Shown here: positions 63,320 through 64,000 of the stretch, one piece after another | Numbering within the stretch: the stretch's first letter is position 1 | Layout of the letters: each line of letters starts with the position of its first letter | DNA from: the human T2T-CHM13v2.0 reference genome, Homo sapiens | Direction: 5' to 3' (one strand) | DNA length: 64,000 bases | Assembly: GCF_009914755.1 (NCBI RefSeq) | Contig: NC_060943.1 | Position numbers and translations under genes: made by a program | Notes under the pieces: generated by a model | The model's database searches: none | What the model saw: the letters and a program-made list of their open reading frames with translations, nothing else | What the model was told of the DNA's origin: nothing

Positions 63320-64000
63320 GTAAGTGTGCATTTGATACATGTAGTGTATTTGCAGAGTTATGGAACTATAGGCACAGTATAATTGAAGTGCATTTCATTC
63401 ATCCCCAAAAGGTGATGCTGTTTGTGGCCAGTCCCTATTACCTTCTAGCACTAGACCACTATACATCTCCCCTCTGTCTCCAGAGATTTGCCTTTTCTGG
63501 ACATGCCTTGCCAGTGGAATCACAGAATGGGGTCATTTGCTGCTGCTTTCTTTCTGTCAGCTTAATGTGTTTGAGTTCCATTCCTTTTGTAATGTGTATT
63601 ATTACTTTATTTTGATTGACAAAAAATATAATAAAGATATACCACCCATGTTTTTCCTTTCATTCCTTGAGATGTATTCAGGTAGTTTTCATCATGAATA
63701 GTGCTGCAGTGAATCTTGGTGTGCACGTAGACTTTCATAGCTTATAGGCGCATAACTGGGAGTGGAATTGCTGGGTCAAAACAATAGTTCCTTCTTAAAC
63801 ATTTTGAGAAATTGCCTCATTGTGTTTTAACTGGCTGCACTATTTTACACTCCCACCAGCAATGTGAGGTTTTCCTATTTTTCTCATTCATGACAACACT
63901 TTTTGTTGTTGTTGGATTACAAGGTGTAAAGTGGTATCTCTCTGAGGTTTTGATTATAATTTCCCTAATGGACTAATATTGAATATATTTATACATACTA
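63320..64000 (-). mobile_element. Old L1 (L1MB-like) 3' region, runs off the window end
   Basis: GAGTGGAATTGCTGGGTCA...TTTTACACTCCCACCAGCAATG...GTGGTATCTC...TTTCCCTAATG. Confidence 0.85.

Overview
Primate, human-like (L1PA, Alu and THE1 content) mosaic of the kind seen in pericentromeric duplication zones. It contains no intact protein-coding gene, and the ORF track is explained by repeats, pseudogene fragments and GC-rich chance frames. From left to right: (1) 1-1621, a degenerate rDNA relic with an IGS-like piece, a 3'ETS-like piece and about 255-bp terminator repeats carrying three perfect Sal boxes (AGGTCGACCAG). (2) A ~5.2-kb array of a 35-bp satellite (1621-2360, 8532-12112, 15621-16487) whose monomer core is the inverted terminator/Sal-box sequence. 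It is split by two convergent (tail-to-tail) L1s: a full-length L1PA5/6-like (+) and a 5'-truncated L1PA4-like (-). These two L1s share many non-consensus substitutions, which suggests gene conversion. (3) Ordinary Alu/L1M/MaLR sequence. (4) A full-length decayed class I ERV (26613-35581) with a tRNA-Gly PBS. (5) An old unprocessed duplicate of the TNNT2 promoter/exon 1 and of LAD1 exons 2-10 (minus strand, pseudogenised, exon 1 not found). (6) An orphan USP24 exon. (7) A ~2.2-kb palindromic REP522-like element with divergent TATA/octamer/CCAAT promoters. Homology calls come from my recall of reference sequences, not from searches. The most interesting candidate system is the rDNA-terminator-derived Sal-box satellite.
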